From the NCBI GenBank assembly GCA_038231455.1, contig JBBRLI010000013.1, positions 1-64,000 of the forward strand: DNA of 64,000 nt. The letters are read 5' to 3'. Below, piece after piece: positions 38,643 through 46,959 of the stretch. Every line of letters starts with the position of its first letter. The stretch's first letter is position 1. The DNA comes from Vulcanimicrobiales bacterium. Its GTDB lineage: Bacteria > Vulcanimicrobiota > Vulcanimicrobiia > Vulcanimicrobiales > Vulcanimicrobiaceae. Below the pieces are notes generated by a model. It had not been told where the DNA came from and searched no databases. It worked only from the letters and a program-made list of their open reading frames with translations. The position numbers and the translations under genes were made by a program.

Positions 38643-38672
38643 TTTGTAGCACGCAACGCTGCAGAGTGTCAA
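38643..38672 (-). promoter_or_regulatory. sigma70 promoter of the ilv-leu operon
   Basis: TTGACA-18 nt-(TGn)TACAAA; leader ATG 8 nt downstream. Confidence 0.65.
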
Positions 38673-38687
38673 CGGTTTCTGCGCGTC

Positions 38688-39608
38688 GTGTCGGAAAAAA
38701 AATCGGCGGGACGCGGCATTGCGGCGCTCCTGGCGCTGAGTTTGCTCTGGGGTTCGAATTGGGCCGTGATGAAAATTGCGCTGCGTGACGTCGGTCCGAT
38801 CGCATTTGCCGCGATGCGTAACGGACTTGGTGCCGTGGCCTTATTCGCCGTTCTACTGGCGTTGCATCGAGCCACCCGTCCAGTCGGTTGGCGCGGATTG
38901 ATCGTGCTCGGTCTGCTGCAGACGACCGGACAAGTGGGACTTGCGACGTGGGCGCTTACGGCGGGCGGTGCGGGCAAAGTTGCGGTGCTTGTCTACACGA
39001 TGCCGTTTTGGGTGGTACTGCTGGCGTGGCCGCTACTCGGCGAGCGCATCGTGCGGCTGCAGTGGGTTGCACTTACGTTCGGCCTCGTGGGCATCGTCGC
39101 AATTGTCGATCCGCGTACGCTCGGCGGCGCGTCGCTCGGATCCGATCTGCTCGCGATCGGCAGCGGCGTGTGCTGGGCGCTCGGCTCGATCGTTGCCAAA
39201 CGCCTGCGACTCCAAGGCGACGTCCTCAACATCACCGCCTGGCAAATGCTCTTCGGGTCGATTCCGCTCGTCGTGCTCGCCGTGTTGATCCCGGAGCGTG
39301 CGATCTTCTGGTCGGCAAACTTCACTTGGGCGCTGGCGTACAACGTCGTCCCGGCGACCGCCCTTGCCTGGGTTCTCTGGATGTTCGCGCTGCGCAATCT
39401 CAAAGCGAGCGTCGCCGCGATGGGTTCGCTCTTGAACCCCATCGTCGGTGTCGGGGTCGCCTGGCTCGTCCTCGGCGACCGCCCCGGGGGGCTTGAATTT
39501 GCCGGGATCGCGACGATCGCTATCGCCCTGCTCGTCGTTTCGTTCGGTCCGGGCCGCGGTGCCACGGATGCGCGCGCGAAACCCGACGTGCAATCTGCTC
39601 GTGTATGA
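38688..39608 (+). CDS. EamA/DMT family transporter
   Basis: LLWGSNW, about ten TM helices, ITAWQMLFG, LNPIVGV. Start uncertain. Confidence 0.88.
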   Translation: MSEKKSAGRGIAALLALSLLWGSNWAVMKIALRDVGPIAFAAMRNGLGAVALFAVLLALHRATRPVGWRGLIVLGLLQTTGQVGLATWALTAGGAGKVAVLVYTMPFWVVLLAWPLLGERIVRLQWVALTFGLVGIVAIVDPRTLGGASLGSDLLAIGSGVCWALGSIVAKRLRLQGDVLNITAWQMLFGSIPLVVLAVLIPERAIFWSANFTWALAYNVVPATALAWVLWMFALRNLKASVAAMGSLLNPIVGVGVAWLVLGDRPGGLEFAGIATIAIALLVVSFGPGRGATDARAKPDVQSARV

Positions 39609-39925
39609 TAGACGGACCTCGTTTTAAGGAGAATCTTCTGTTTGCGCTCGCACTCGTAACGCTGGCCCTTGCCACATCGACTCAAACGGCCGCGACGACG
39701 TCCGGCCAGGTGATCATCTCGACGAAAATGAGTTCCGTCTCCGGCATCGTTCGTGTCGTCGGTGAGAAGATCTATCTTGTCGGGACGAAGCGCGTGTTAC
39801 TCACCGTCATCGATCAAGCGATGCGCGACTCGCTGGTCGCATCGAACGGGAAAAAACGGACGGTGCTCGGGACGCCCGATCGAGTCAGCGGCACCGGCGC
39901 GTTTCTCGTAACGGGATTGCCTTAG
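39605..39925 (+). CDS. Small exported hypothetical protein (possible OB-fold)
   Basis: Hydrophobic N-terminus; ATG overlaps the upstream TGA. Confidence 0.5.
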   Translation: MIDGPRFKENLLFALALVTLALATSTQTAATTSGQVIISTKMSSVSGIVRVVGEKIYLVGTKRVLLTVIDQAMRDSLVASNGKKRTVLGTPDRVSGTGAFLVTGLP

Positions 39926-40998
39926 CGCTCGCTCCGCGCGAGAAGGTCGGCAAGATAGCGGCCCCAGACCGCGGGCAACGTATGCGTGCCATGGCCGCGT
40001 GTTTCGTTTGAAATCGGCAACACGACCGCTCTTCCGTTTTTTACCTTCGCGATGTCACGCTCGAGGATGTGAAGTTCCGGCGGATTGATTTGATCGTCGG
40101 CGCTGTTGACCGCCTGAAGCGGAGCTACGATCGTGCCGAGCGCCGTTTCGGGATCGTAGTCTCGCGAGGATTCGAACTGGTAGATCGTATCGTTTGCATC
40201 GGACTGCCCGAAGCGCGGTTTGATCGTCGACCCGTAATACGTATCCGCGGCATCGCGCGTCGGGTACTGGCTTTGATTGAAGAGCGGCGCGGAACCGAAC
40301 ACGTAGAGCAGGTCGACGGCGGTGCGCATGCCGTAGGGCTGCGATGTATATTCCCCGCCGTGATATCCCGGATCGTTTTTGATGTCATCGACGATCATGT
40401 CGCGCCACACGCGATTGCGTCCGCCGATTTGCACCGGCAAACTCGCAAGCGGCATCAGCGCGTCCATCATCATCGGATACATCTCGCCCCACAACCACGT
40501 TTGCATCCCGCCCATCGACGTTCCCATCACCAGGCGCAGGTGATCGACGTGCAGTCCCTCGACGAGCAGCGTATGCACGGCATCGACCATATCGCGATAG
40601 CCATACTTGGGAAAGCGCGCGTGCATCCCGTCGCTGGGTTTGCTCGAACCGCCGTGACCGATGCCATCGGGGATGATGATGAAATACTTGCTTGCATCGA
40701 GCAGTTGATCCGAATTGAAAAGCACCCCCGCGAACCGCTCGCTCAAAAACTGATGCGTGTCGCCGCCGGTGCCGTGCAAGATGATGACCGCGTTACGCAC
40801 ATGCCCGCCGGCATCGCGCCGCGGGGTGCCGAGCGTTGCGTAGTGCATGCGTAAGTTTGCAAGCGTCTCACCGTCGTGAAAGTGGAACGTATCGATCGTA
40901 AACGTTCCTTCTGTGACCGTCGGTATCGCGGCGCTCGCGGCGTGCGGCAGTGCGATAAGAGCGGCGACCAGAAGCGGCACCATGCGTTTGAACATCAT
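39922..40998 (-). CDS. Alpha/beta hydrolase of the homoserine acetyltransferase (MetX) family, with signal peptide
   Basis: LHGTGG, GTSMGGM, SADD, RGHGTH; N-terminal signal peptide ending ASA. Confidence 0.8.
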   Translation of the reverse strand: MMFKRMVPLLVAALIALPHAASAAIPTVTEGTFTIDTFHFHDGETLANLRMHYATLGTPRRDAGGHVRNAVIILHGTGGDTHQFLSERFAGVLFNSDQLLDASKYFIIIPDGIGHGGSSKPSDGMHARFPKYGYRDMVDAVHTLLVEGLHVDHLRLVMGTSMGGMQTWLWGEMYPMMMDALMPLASLPVQIGGRNRVWRDMIVDDIKNDPGYHGGEYTSQPYGMRTAVDLLYVFGSAPLFNQSQYPTRDAADTYYGSTIKPRFGQSDANDTIYQFESSRDYDPETALGTIVAPLQAVNSADDQINPPELHILERDIAKVKNGRAVVLPISNETRGHGTHTLPAVWGRYLADLLARSER

Positions 40999-41008
40999 GC
41001 CGCCTTCG

Positions 41009-41512
41009 CTACGCGGTTTTTGGGCTCCGGTTTGGTTCGAAGCGGAGCGCGACGCCATTCATGCAGTAGCGCAGCCCCGTCGGCGGCGGACCGTCGTCGA
41101 AGACGTGTCCGAGGTGACCAAGACAGCGCGCGCAATGGACTTCCGTGCGCGGCACGCCCAAAGCAAGGTCGGATTTCGTTTTGATGCGGCCCGGCAGCGG
41201 CGCGTAAAAACTCGGCCAACCGGTCCCCGAATCGTACTTCGTTTTCGAGGCGTAGACGGCAAGATCGCAGCCCGCGCAGGCATAGGTGCCGGTTTTGGTC
41301 AGGTGATCGAGCGGACTGGAAAACGGCGGCTCGGTGCCCTCGTGGCGGAGGACGTCGTAAGCCTCGGACGAGAGCTTTTTGCGCCACTGTTCGTCGGTCA
41401 GGGTGTAGCCGGGCGCATCGGCGGCCCGACTTGCTCCCCGGCGAAGCGAAAAGAAGAGGGCGCCCGCTCCGGCGATGAGGGCAAGCGAACCACGCCGTGT
41501 CAACGTTTTCAT
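41009..41512 (-). CDS. msrB: Peptide-methionine (R)-S-oxide reductase with Tat signal
   Basis: TRRGSL signal, GTEPPF, SGTGWPSF, HLGHVFDDGP, RYCMNG. A TATAGT -10 lies 6 nt before the ATG (leaderless-like). Confidence 0.92.
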   Translation of the reverse strand: MKTLTRRGSLALIAGAGALFFSLRRGASRAADAPGYTLTDEQWRKKLSSEAYDVLRHEGTEPPFSSPLDHLTKTGTYACAGCDLAVYASKTKYDSGTGWPSFYAPLPGRIKTKSDLALGVPRTEVHCARCLGHLGHVFDDGPPPTGLRYCMNGVALRFEPNRSPKTA

Positions 41513-41561
41513 GTCGTTACTATAACGGAGTCGGGCGAGAAAAAGACGTAAGGCCGCCGAC

Positions 41562-42440
41562 ATGCGTTTCGAGCTACCACTGGTCGGCGGCGGCGGAGAA
41601 CCGGTCTCTTTCGCGCGGACGATTCACTCCCACGGCTTGGTGCTCTTGCCCCCCAACCGGCTCGAGGGCAACGTGCTGACGATGCCGCTGCGCTTGGCGG
41701 ATGGCACGTTGACCCTTGCGATCCTGCGCGCGGGTCCGCCCGGCGTAGCCGCTATCGACGTTGTCGATCGGCGGCGATCGACGTCGTTCCGGAATGCGGT
41801 CGAGGCAAAGCTGCGTTCGATGTTGCGGCTCGATGAAGATCTCTCGGCGTTTTACGCGCGCGCCGCGCGCTCGACCGATCTTGCATGGGTGAGGATTGGA
41901 GCGGGACGGTTTCTCCGTGGTGGCTCCGTGTTCGAAGATCTGGTGAAGACGATCGCGACGACGAATTGCACGTGGTCGGCGACCGTGCGGATGGTGGGCG
42001 CGCTCGTCGGCGAACTCGGCGAGCCGGTCGGCGGGATGCGCGCGTTTCCGACCCCCCAGGCGATGGCTGCGGCGCCCGAGTCCCTCTACCGCGAGAAGAT
42101 GAAGGCCGGCTATCGCGGCCCGTATCTGCGTACGATCGCTGCGGATGTGGTTGCGGGGAGGCTGCAGCTCGAAGCGTTTCCCGGCCTTGCCGATCGGGAA
42201 CTCGAGGCCGCTCTGCTTGCCCTTCCGGGCGTCGGACCGTACGCCGCTGCGCACATGCGGTTGCTGCTCGGACATACCGAGCAACTCATTTTAGACTCGT
42301 CGACGCGTCCAAAGTATGCTCGCTTGGTGGGCCGAAAATCGGCGACTGACGCGACGATCGCGCGGCGATTTAAGCCGTATGGACGCTTTGCCGGACTCGC
42401 GTTTTGGCTCTTCATCACGCGTGACTGGATCGTCGACTAG
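41562..42440 (+). CDS. HhH-GPD DNA glycosylase (AlkA/Ogg-like)
   Basis: FEDLVKTI, FPTP, GYRG, HhH motif LLALPGVGPY. Confidence 0.8.
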   Translation: MRFELPLVGGGGEPVSFARTIHSHGLVLLPPNRLEGNVLTMPLRLADGTLTLAILRAGPPGVAAIDVVDRRRSTSFRNAVEAKLRSMLRLDEDLSAFYARAARSTDLAWVRIGAGRFLRGGSVFEDLVKTIATTNCTWSATVRMVGALVGELGEPVGGMRAFPTPQAMAAAPESLYREKMKAGYRGPYLRTIAADVVAGRLQLEAFPGLADRELEAALLALPGVGPYAAAHMRLLLGHTEQLILDSSTRPKYARLVGRKSATDATIARRFKPYGRFAGLAFWLFITRDWIVD

Positions 42441-42487
42441 CGTGCGTCGGCGAAGGTCGAACGTATTGACCGGATAAACGGCGCGGC

Positions 42488-42898
42488 ATGACCATGAAAC
42501 TTCCCGCGTTCTGGACGTCGATGCCCTACGTTCTCGGTGTCGTATTTTGTGCGACCGGCATCTTACACTTCGTGCAGACGAGCGCGTTCACGCAAATCGT
42601 CCCGCCAGCCCTGCCGAATCCGGTTTTGCTCGTGCAGATCAGCGGCGTCGCTGAATTTTGCGGTGGCGTCGGTATGCTCGTCCCAGCCCTGCGGCGGGCG
42701 GCGGGAATCGGCCTAATCGCGCTCTTATTGGCGGTGTTTCCGGCGAATATCTACATGGCCGTCGACGCCGCACACTTTGCGAGCGTCGGGCCGGCGTGGG
42801 TGTTCTGGTTGCGTCTGCCGATTCAGTTCTTGCTGATTTGGTTCGTCGTGCGTGCCGCGCTCATGCCGCATCGGCTCGAGGCGCGTCTCCCGAACTGA
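42488..42898 (+). CDS. DoxX-like membrane protein
   Basis: GILHF, IVPP, SGVAE, AVFPANIYMA, RLPIQ. Confidence 0.8.
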   Translation: MTMKLPAFWTSMPYVLGVVFCATGILHFVQTSAFTQIVPPALPNPVLLVQISGVAEFCGGVGMLVPALRRAAGIGLIALLLAVFPANIYMAVDAAHFASVGPAWVFWLRLPIQFLLIWFVVRAALMPHRLEARLPN

Positions 42899-43247
42899 TT
42901 GCCGCGATGCCCGCCCGCGCGATGGCGGCGAGTCGATCGTCGCGCTCCTCATCGCTTGCAACACGCAAGATCGGTGCGCACCAAGGTTCGCCGATTGCGA
43001 CGAGCGCTTCCAACAGCGCGCGCCGCCCGTCCGCATCGAGATCGGCGGCGTTGCTGTCGACAAGCTGCGGCCAAGCTAGTTGTAATGGACTGGGTGATGG
43101 ATGCGTCGCGGCGCTGTTTTCGGCGATCGCCGCGACCGCAATGGCCGGTACGATCGGTAAGCTGCGCGTACGAGGTGTAAAGAGGGCAAGGGCGAGCAGC
43201 GCTGCGCCCAGCATCACGAGCAGTTGCGGAATCGTCAAGCTCATCAC
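42861..43247 (-). CDS. Small membrane-anchored protein with HEAT-like C-terminus
   Basis: N-terminal TM helix; coupled to the stop of the upstream large gene. Confidence 0.55.
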   Translation of the reverse strand: MMSLTIPQLLVMLGAALLALALFTPRTRSLPIVPAIAVAAIAENSAATHPSPSPLQLAWPQLVDSNAADLDADGRRALLEALVAIGEPWCAPILRVASDEERDDRLAAIARAGIAAISSGDAPRADAA

Positions 43248-46189
43248 GCGGCCTCCTCGCGCGTCGATTCGAGTGAAAAGACAATTGCGTCGAGCGCGCG
43301 ATCGAGTTCCGGGTCAGCCGGTAAAGTCGTGACGTCTGCATCGACGCTGAGCGCGGCGATGAGTGCGTCGCGATAGGTCCGAAGTGCGCGCGTAAGTGGC
43401 GCGTCGCCTTGGACGTCGGTTCCGATGAGGTGAGCGAGCACCGTGAACGACGCAGTCGATCCGAGCGGCGCTCCGACGAATGCGTCAAGTAGCGCGCGCA
43501 AGGCGTTCCGATCGACCGACGTATCCGCCACGATACCATCGGCATCGGTCGACGCCCCAGTCGCCTCGATGGTTTGGAGGACAAGCGCCCGCAGCGCTGT
43601 ACGCGACGCGCGATCTTCGAGATCCGTCGACTCGACCGCGAATCCAGGGAGTCGCAGTTTGATCAACAGCCGATCGAGGACGGCCCGGCGCGCGGCGCGT
43701 TCGTGTGCAAGCGCATCCAAAAGTGCAAGCGACGCGCCGGGGATGGCGCCTGCGGTCAGGACGCGCAGTGCAAGGATGTGCCGGATAAAGCCGGGGACGG
43801 CGGCGGCGCGCAAATAGCGGACGATCGTTGCGCGTTCCGTTTGCTCGTACGATGTTGCGACACGAACCATATCAACCAGCGGAGGCTCGATCTCTGCGAA
43901 GATCGACTTCTCGGCAAGCGGGACGCCGGTCGCCTCCGCGAGACGGGAGAACACGACGATCGGATCCGCATAAGAGGTGAATGATTGGTCCGGCTGTGGG
44001 ATTTCGCGCGTGCGGCCAACCGCGATTCCGTCCAGGGCGAAGCCGAGATCGTCCGGTGCGACCGGTATCGCGGCTTGTGCATGAACGGTCGTTGGTTGCG
44101 CCTGAAGCGCCGATACGACATCACCGAGCACGAGTTCGAGAATCGGGCTAAATTGGATTCCGTCGGCGAGCGTCGAGTCGAGTTGAATCAGAAATGCGAT
44201 GTCGATTCGTGCAACGGCGATGTTGCGCAAAACGATCGCGCGATCGAGCGCTCCGGTTTCGCCGGGGCCATCGATCACGCGAAGGCCGTTGATCCTCGTC
44301 GAACCCGGCATATAGCGCGCACCGGTGAGTGCGTCGAGACGGAACGCAATGCGTTCGGCGGGCAACGCGCCCGCAAGGACGATCGAGGCCGTATACGCGA
44401 TCGTTTCTCCGGCGATGGCATCGGTCGATTCGGCCGTGAGGCTCGCACGCTCGATGCAAACGTTCGCCGAGCGGTCGAGTGCGTAGGGATCGAGTCGACG
44501 CACGATGCCGCCCTGCATGCGTACGATGCCGCTAATCGAAGCGCCGTCGCGCGTTCCCGGCGCGCGTCGATCGTCGATTGTGACGCTCGCCGTATAGTCT
44601 GCACCGGCGGCGAGATCGCCGATGTGCATGATGGACGGGCTTGCGACGAGATGTTCACCGGCGACGATCGTGAGTTCGACGTCGCGAGCGGTGTCGGTGC
44701 CGATGTTGGAGAGTGTAACTAGATAGTGTCCATCGCCGCGTGGAGCGATCCACGCGACGGCATCAATTGCGGCGAACCCGTGCGCTGCAAAGGTAATTGG
44801 TTCGAGTGCGAGCGGCGCGACGTTATCGGCGTGGATCGTCGCGCCGAGCGGAATGCAGGCGCCATCGCCGAGCAGTGGTTCGTTGATCGCGATTGCAAGT
44901 GCGCGCGCCTCGCCCGCCCCGATATCGCCAAGGACGCGTTCGCACGGCCCGTTTGTGCCGTCGAACGCCGCGTGCCCCGCGAACACTAACCGGACGTTTC
45001 GCGCGCTCGTCGTCCCGTCGTTGAGAAGGTTTGCAACGACCGTGAGTTCGCCGCGCGCGGGGTCGCGTTCGAGCGTCAGGCGCGAACGCTCGCGTGTGAA
45101 GCGTGGATGGGACGCGATCGTCGACAAGTAGTCCGCACCAGTTGCGATGCAGTCAGATGCGAGCAATTCGACGGAGATGCTGGCCGGCGTTCGATCCTCG
45201 CAACCGGCAAGACAATCGATCGGCACTCGCACGTCCAGCACGGCACCCGGTGCAAGGGTCCCGATCGGAATACCGAGTTCGCGTTCGTCGCGACGTGGAG
45301 CTGCGGCGCGCGCGCGGCGCGTCGGGGAGGGGAGCGGTGCGCCGAAAACCAGGACGCCGCGCCGGTCGAGCGCGAGTGTTGGGGTGACGCGGACGCGCAG
45401 CGTGACGTCGCGCGCTTCGCGCGGTCCGGCGTTTGCCGCGTTGATCGTCGCGTGCGAGCGACGGCCCGAAATGAGCGGCTCGCACGTAATGCGGCAATCG
45501 GCAAGGACGATCGGCGTGTCGTTCGGACAGGACGCGGGTGCTAGCTCGAGCGGATCGAGCGCGCTACAAGCAACGCGCACACCGGATAAGACGATCGACT
45601 CGCCGTCGATGCGTTCGTCCGGCGCGATCTCGCATGTTCGTTCCGCGCATTCGCCGACTTCGAGCGTTTCGATGAAGATTCGATCGGGATTCGCCGTCGT
45701 CCCAAGCGGTGCCGGAATGGCAAGGGTGAGGTCGCGCGCGCACGCATTACCATCGTTGATCAGGGAGATCGTCGCGCGGTAGCCGCCGTCGGCCGGTGCG
45801 ATCGCGACGCGCGAGGCCGTCAACCGCGGGAGACTCACCACGCGAACAACAACGACGTTCGAGCCGACGATCCGTCCAAGGGGTGTCGTTATCTCGGCGC
45901 AGATTGGCACGACCGTCCCCGATTCGATCGACGCAAGAAGCCGAGTCCGGATCCGGACGACCCGCTCTTCGCCGGGCGCGAGCGCATCGAGTTCGACGGA
46001 CTCGCCGCCATCCTCGGCGCGTAGCTGCTCGGGCAAGAGAAAGCGAACGGACATTCCCACGGCGGTGCTTCCTCCCAGATTCGGAACGGTCAGGGAGAGG
46101 TCGATGCGATCGCCCGGCGCGCGGTCGCCAGCGGGCTCGGCGATGAGGGAGAACAACTCTTCACGTCTCATGGGTGAGCCAGTGGACAT
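43244..46189 (-). CDS. Large multi Ig-like (DUF11/CARDB-like) repeat protein, no signal peptide
   Basis: Repeated NxG..A..V motifs (NLGGSTA, NDGNACARD, NAGPREARDV, NDGTTSARNV, NIGTDTARDV) with GxLxxG turns, and YMPGST. Start uncertain (46189 or 46171). Confidence 0.65.
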   Translation of the reverse strand: MSTGSPMRREELFSLIAEPAGDRAPGDRIDLSLTVPNLGGSTAVGMSVRFLLPEQLRAEDGGESVELDALAPGEERVVRIRTRLLASIESGTVVPICAEITTPLGRIVGSNVVVVRVVSLPRLTASRVAIAPADGGYRATISLINDGNACARDLTLAIPAPLGTTANPDRIFIETLEVGECAERTCEIAPDERIDGESIVLSGVRVACSALDPLELAPASCPNDTPIVLADCRITCEPLISGRRSHATINAANAGPREARDVTLRVRVTPTLALDRRGVLVFGAPLPSPTRRARAAAPRRDERELGIPIGTLAPGAVLDVRVPIDCLAGCEDRTPASISVELLASDCIATGADYLSTIASHPRFTRERSRLTLERDPARGELTVVANLLNDGTTSARNVRLVFAGHAAFDGTNGPCERVLGDIGAGEARALAIAINEPLLGDGACIPLGATIHADNVAPLALEPITFAAHGFAAIDAVAWIAPRGDGHYLVTLSNIGTDTARDVELTIVAGEHLVASPSIMHIGDLAAGADYTASVTIDDRRAPGTRDGASISGIVRMQGGIVRRLDPYALDRSANVCIERASLTAESTDAIAGETIAYTASIVLAGALPAERIAFRLDALTGARYMPGSTRINGLRVIDGPGETGALDRAIVLRNIAVARIDIAFLIQLDSTLADGIQFSPILELVLGDVVSALQAQPTTVHAQAAIPVAPDDLGFALDGIAVGRTREIPQPDQSFTSYADPIVVFSRLAEATGVPLAEKSIFAEIEPPLVDMVRVATSYEQTERATIVRYLRAAAVPGFIRHILALRVLTAGAIPGASLALLDALAHERAARRAVLDRLLIKLRLPGFAVESTDLEDRASRTALRALVLQTIEATGASTDADGIVADTSVDRNALRALLDAFVGAPLGSTASFTVLAHLIGTDVQGDAPLTRALRTYRDALIAALSVDADVTTLPADPELDRALDAIVFSLESTREEAA

Positions 46190-46253
46190 CTTTTGGCAAT
46201 AGTAGTTACCGGAAAGGGCGCCCGCGCTTGTCTCTCCAATCGCTCGCCTGAAG

Positions 46254-46934
46254 ATGGTCGATGCAACCACACTCCGGCGAGTCCCGCTCTTCCGCGATTT
46301 CGAGGACACCGAACTCGATCAAATCGCGGGAACCGTTGCGAACCGTCGCTTCGGCAAGCACCAGTTTATCGTCCGCGAAGCAGAGCCCGGCGATACGTTT
46401 TACATTATCGTGTCGGGTTCGGTCTCGGTGAGCCGCATCGCGCCGGACGGGCGCGAGACGATTCTCTCGATCCTCAAAGAAGGCGATTTCTTCGGCGAGA
46501 TGTCGATGTTCGACTCATCGCTGCGCTCGGCGTCGATTAAAACGCTTACCGATGTCGAAGTCGGTCAAATCAATCAGGCCGACTTTCTGGGACTGCTCGA
46601 CCGCAATCCCAAGATCGGCCGGTTGCTCGTGATCGAGCTCTCGGAACGCTTGCGCGCGGCGAACGCCCTCATTGCAGCGACGACCTCGCAAGACATCCGC
46701 GCGCGTCTCGCATCGCTCTTGCTGAACCTTGCCGAGAATTTCGGTGAGACGGCGACCAACGGTGTGCGGATTAGTCTGCGCCTAACCAATCAAGAGATGG
46801 CCAACATGATCGGCACGACGCGCGAGACGGTCAACCGCACGCTCAACCGGTTCTGGGACGATCAGCTCGTCGACATGCGAACCTCGCACGTCGTCGTTGT
46901 CAATCAAGAGAAACTCCGGGCCCTTATCCCCTAG
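46254..46934 (+). CDS. Crp/Fnr family regulator, CRP-like
   Basis: cNMP pocket FFGEMS...RSAS; HTH EMANMIGTTRETVNR. Confidence 0.92.
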   Translation: MVDATTLRRVPLFRDFEDTELDQIAGTVANRRFGKHQFIVREAEPGDTFYIIVSGSVSVSRIAPDGRETILSILKEGDFFGEMSMFDSSLRSASIKTLTDVEVGQINQADFLGLLDRNPKIGRLLVIELSERLRAANALIAATTSQDIRARLASLLLNLAENFGETATNGVRISLRLTNQEMANMIGTTRETVNRTLNRFWDDQLVDMRTSHVVVVNQEKLRALIP

Positions 46935-46959
46935 CGATGTACGTGGCACGAGCGTGCGG

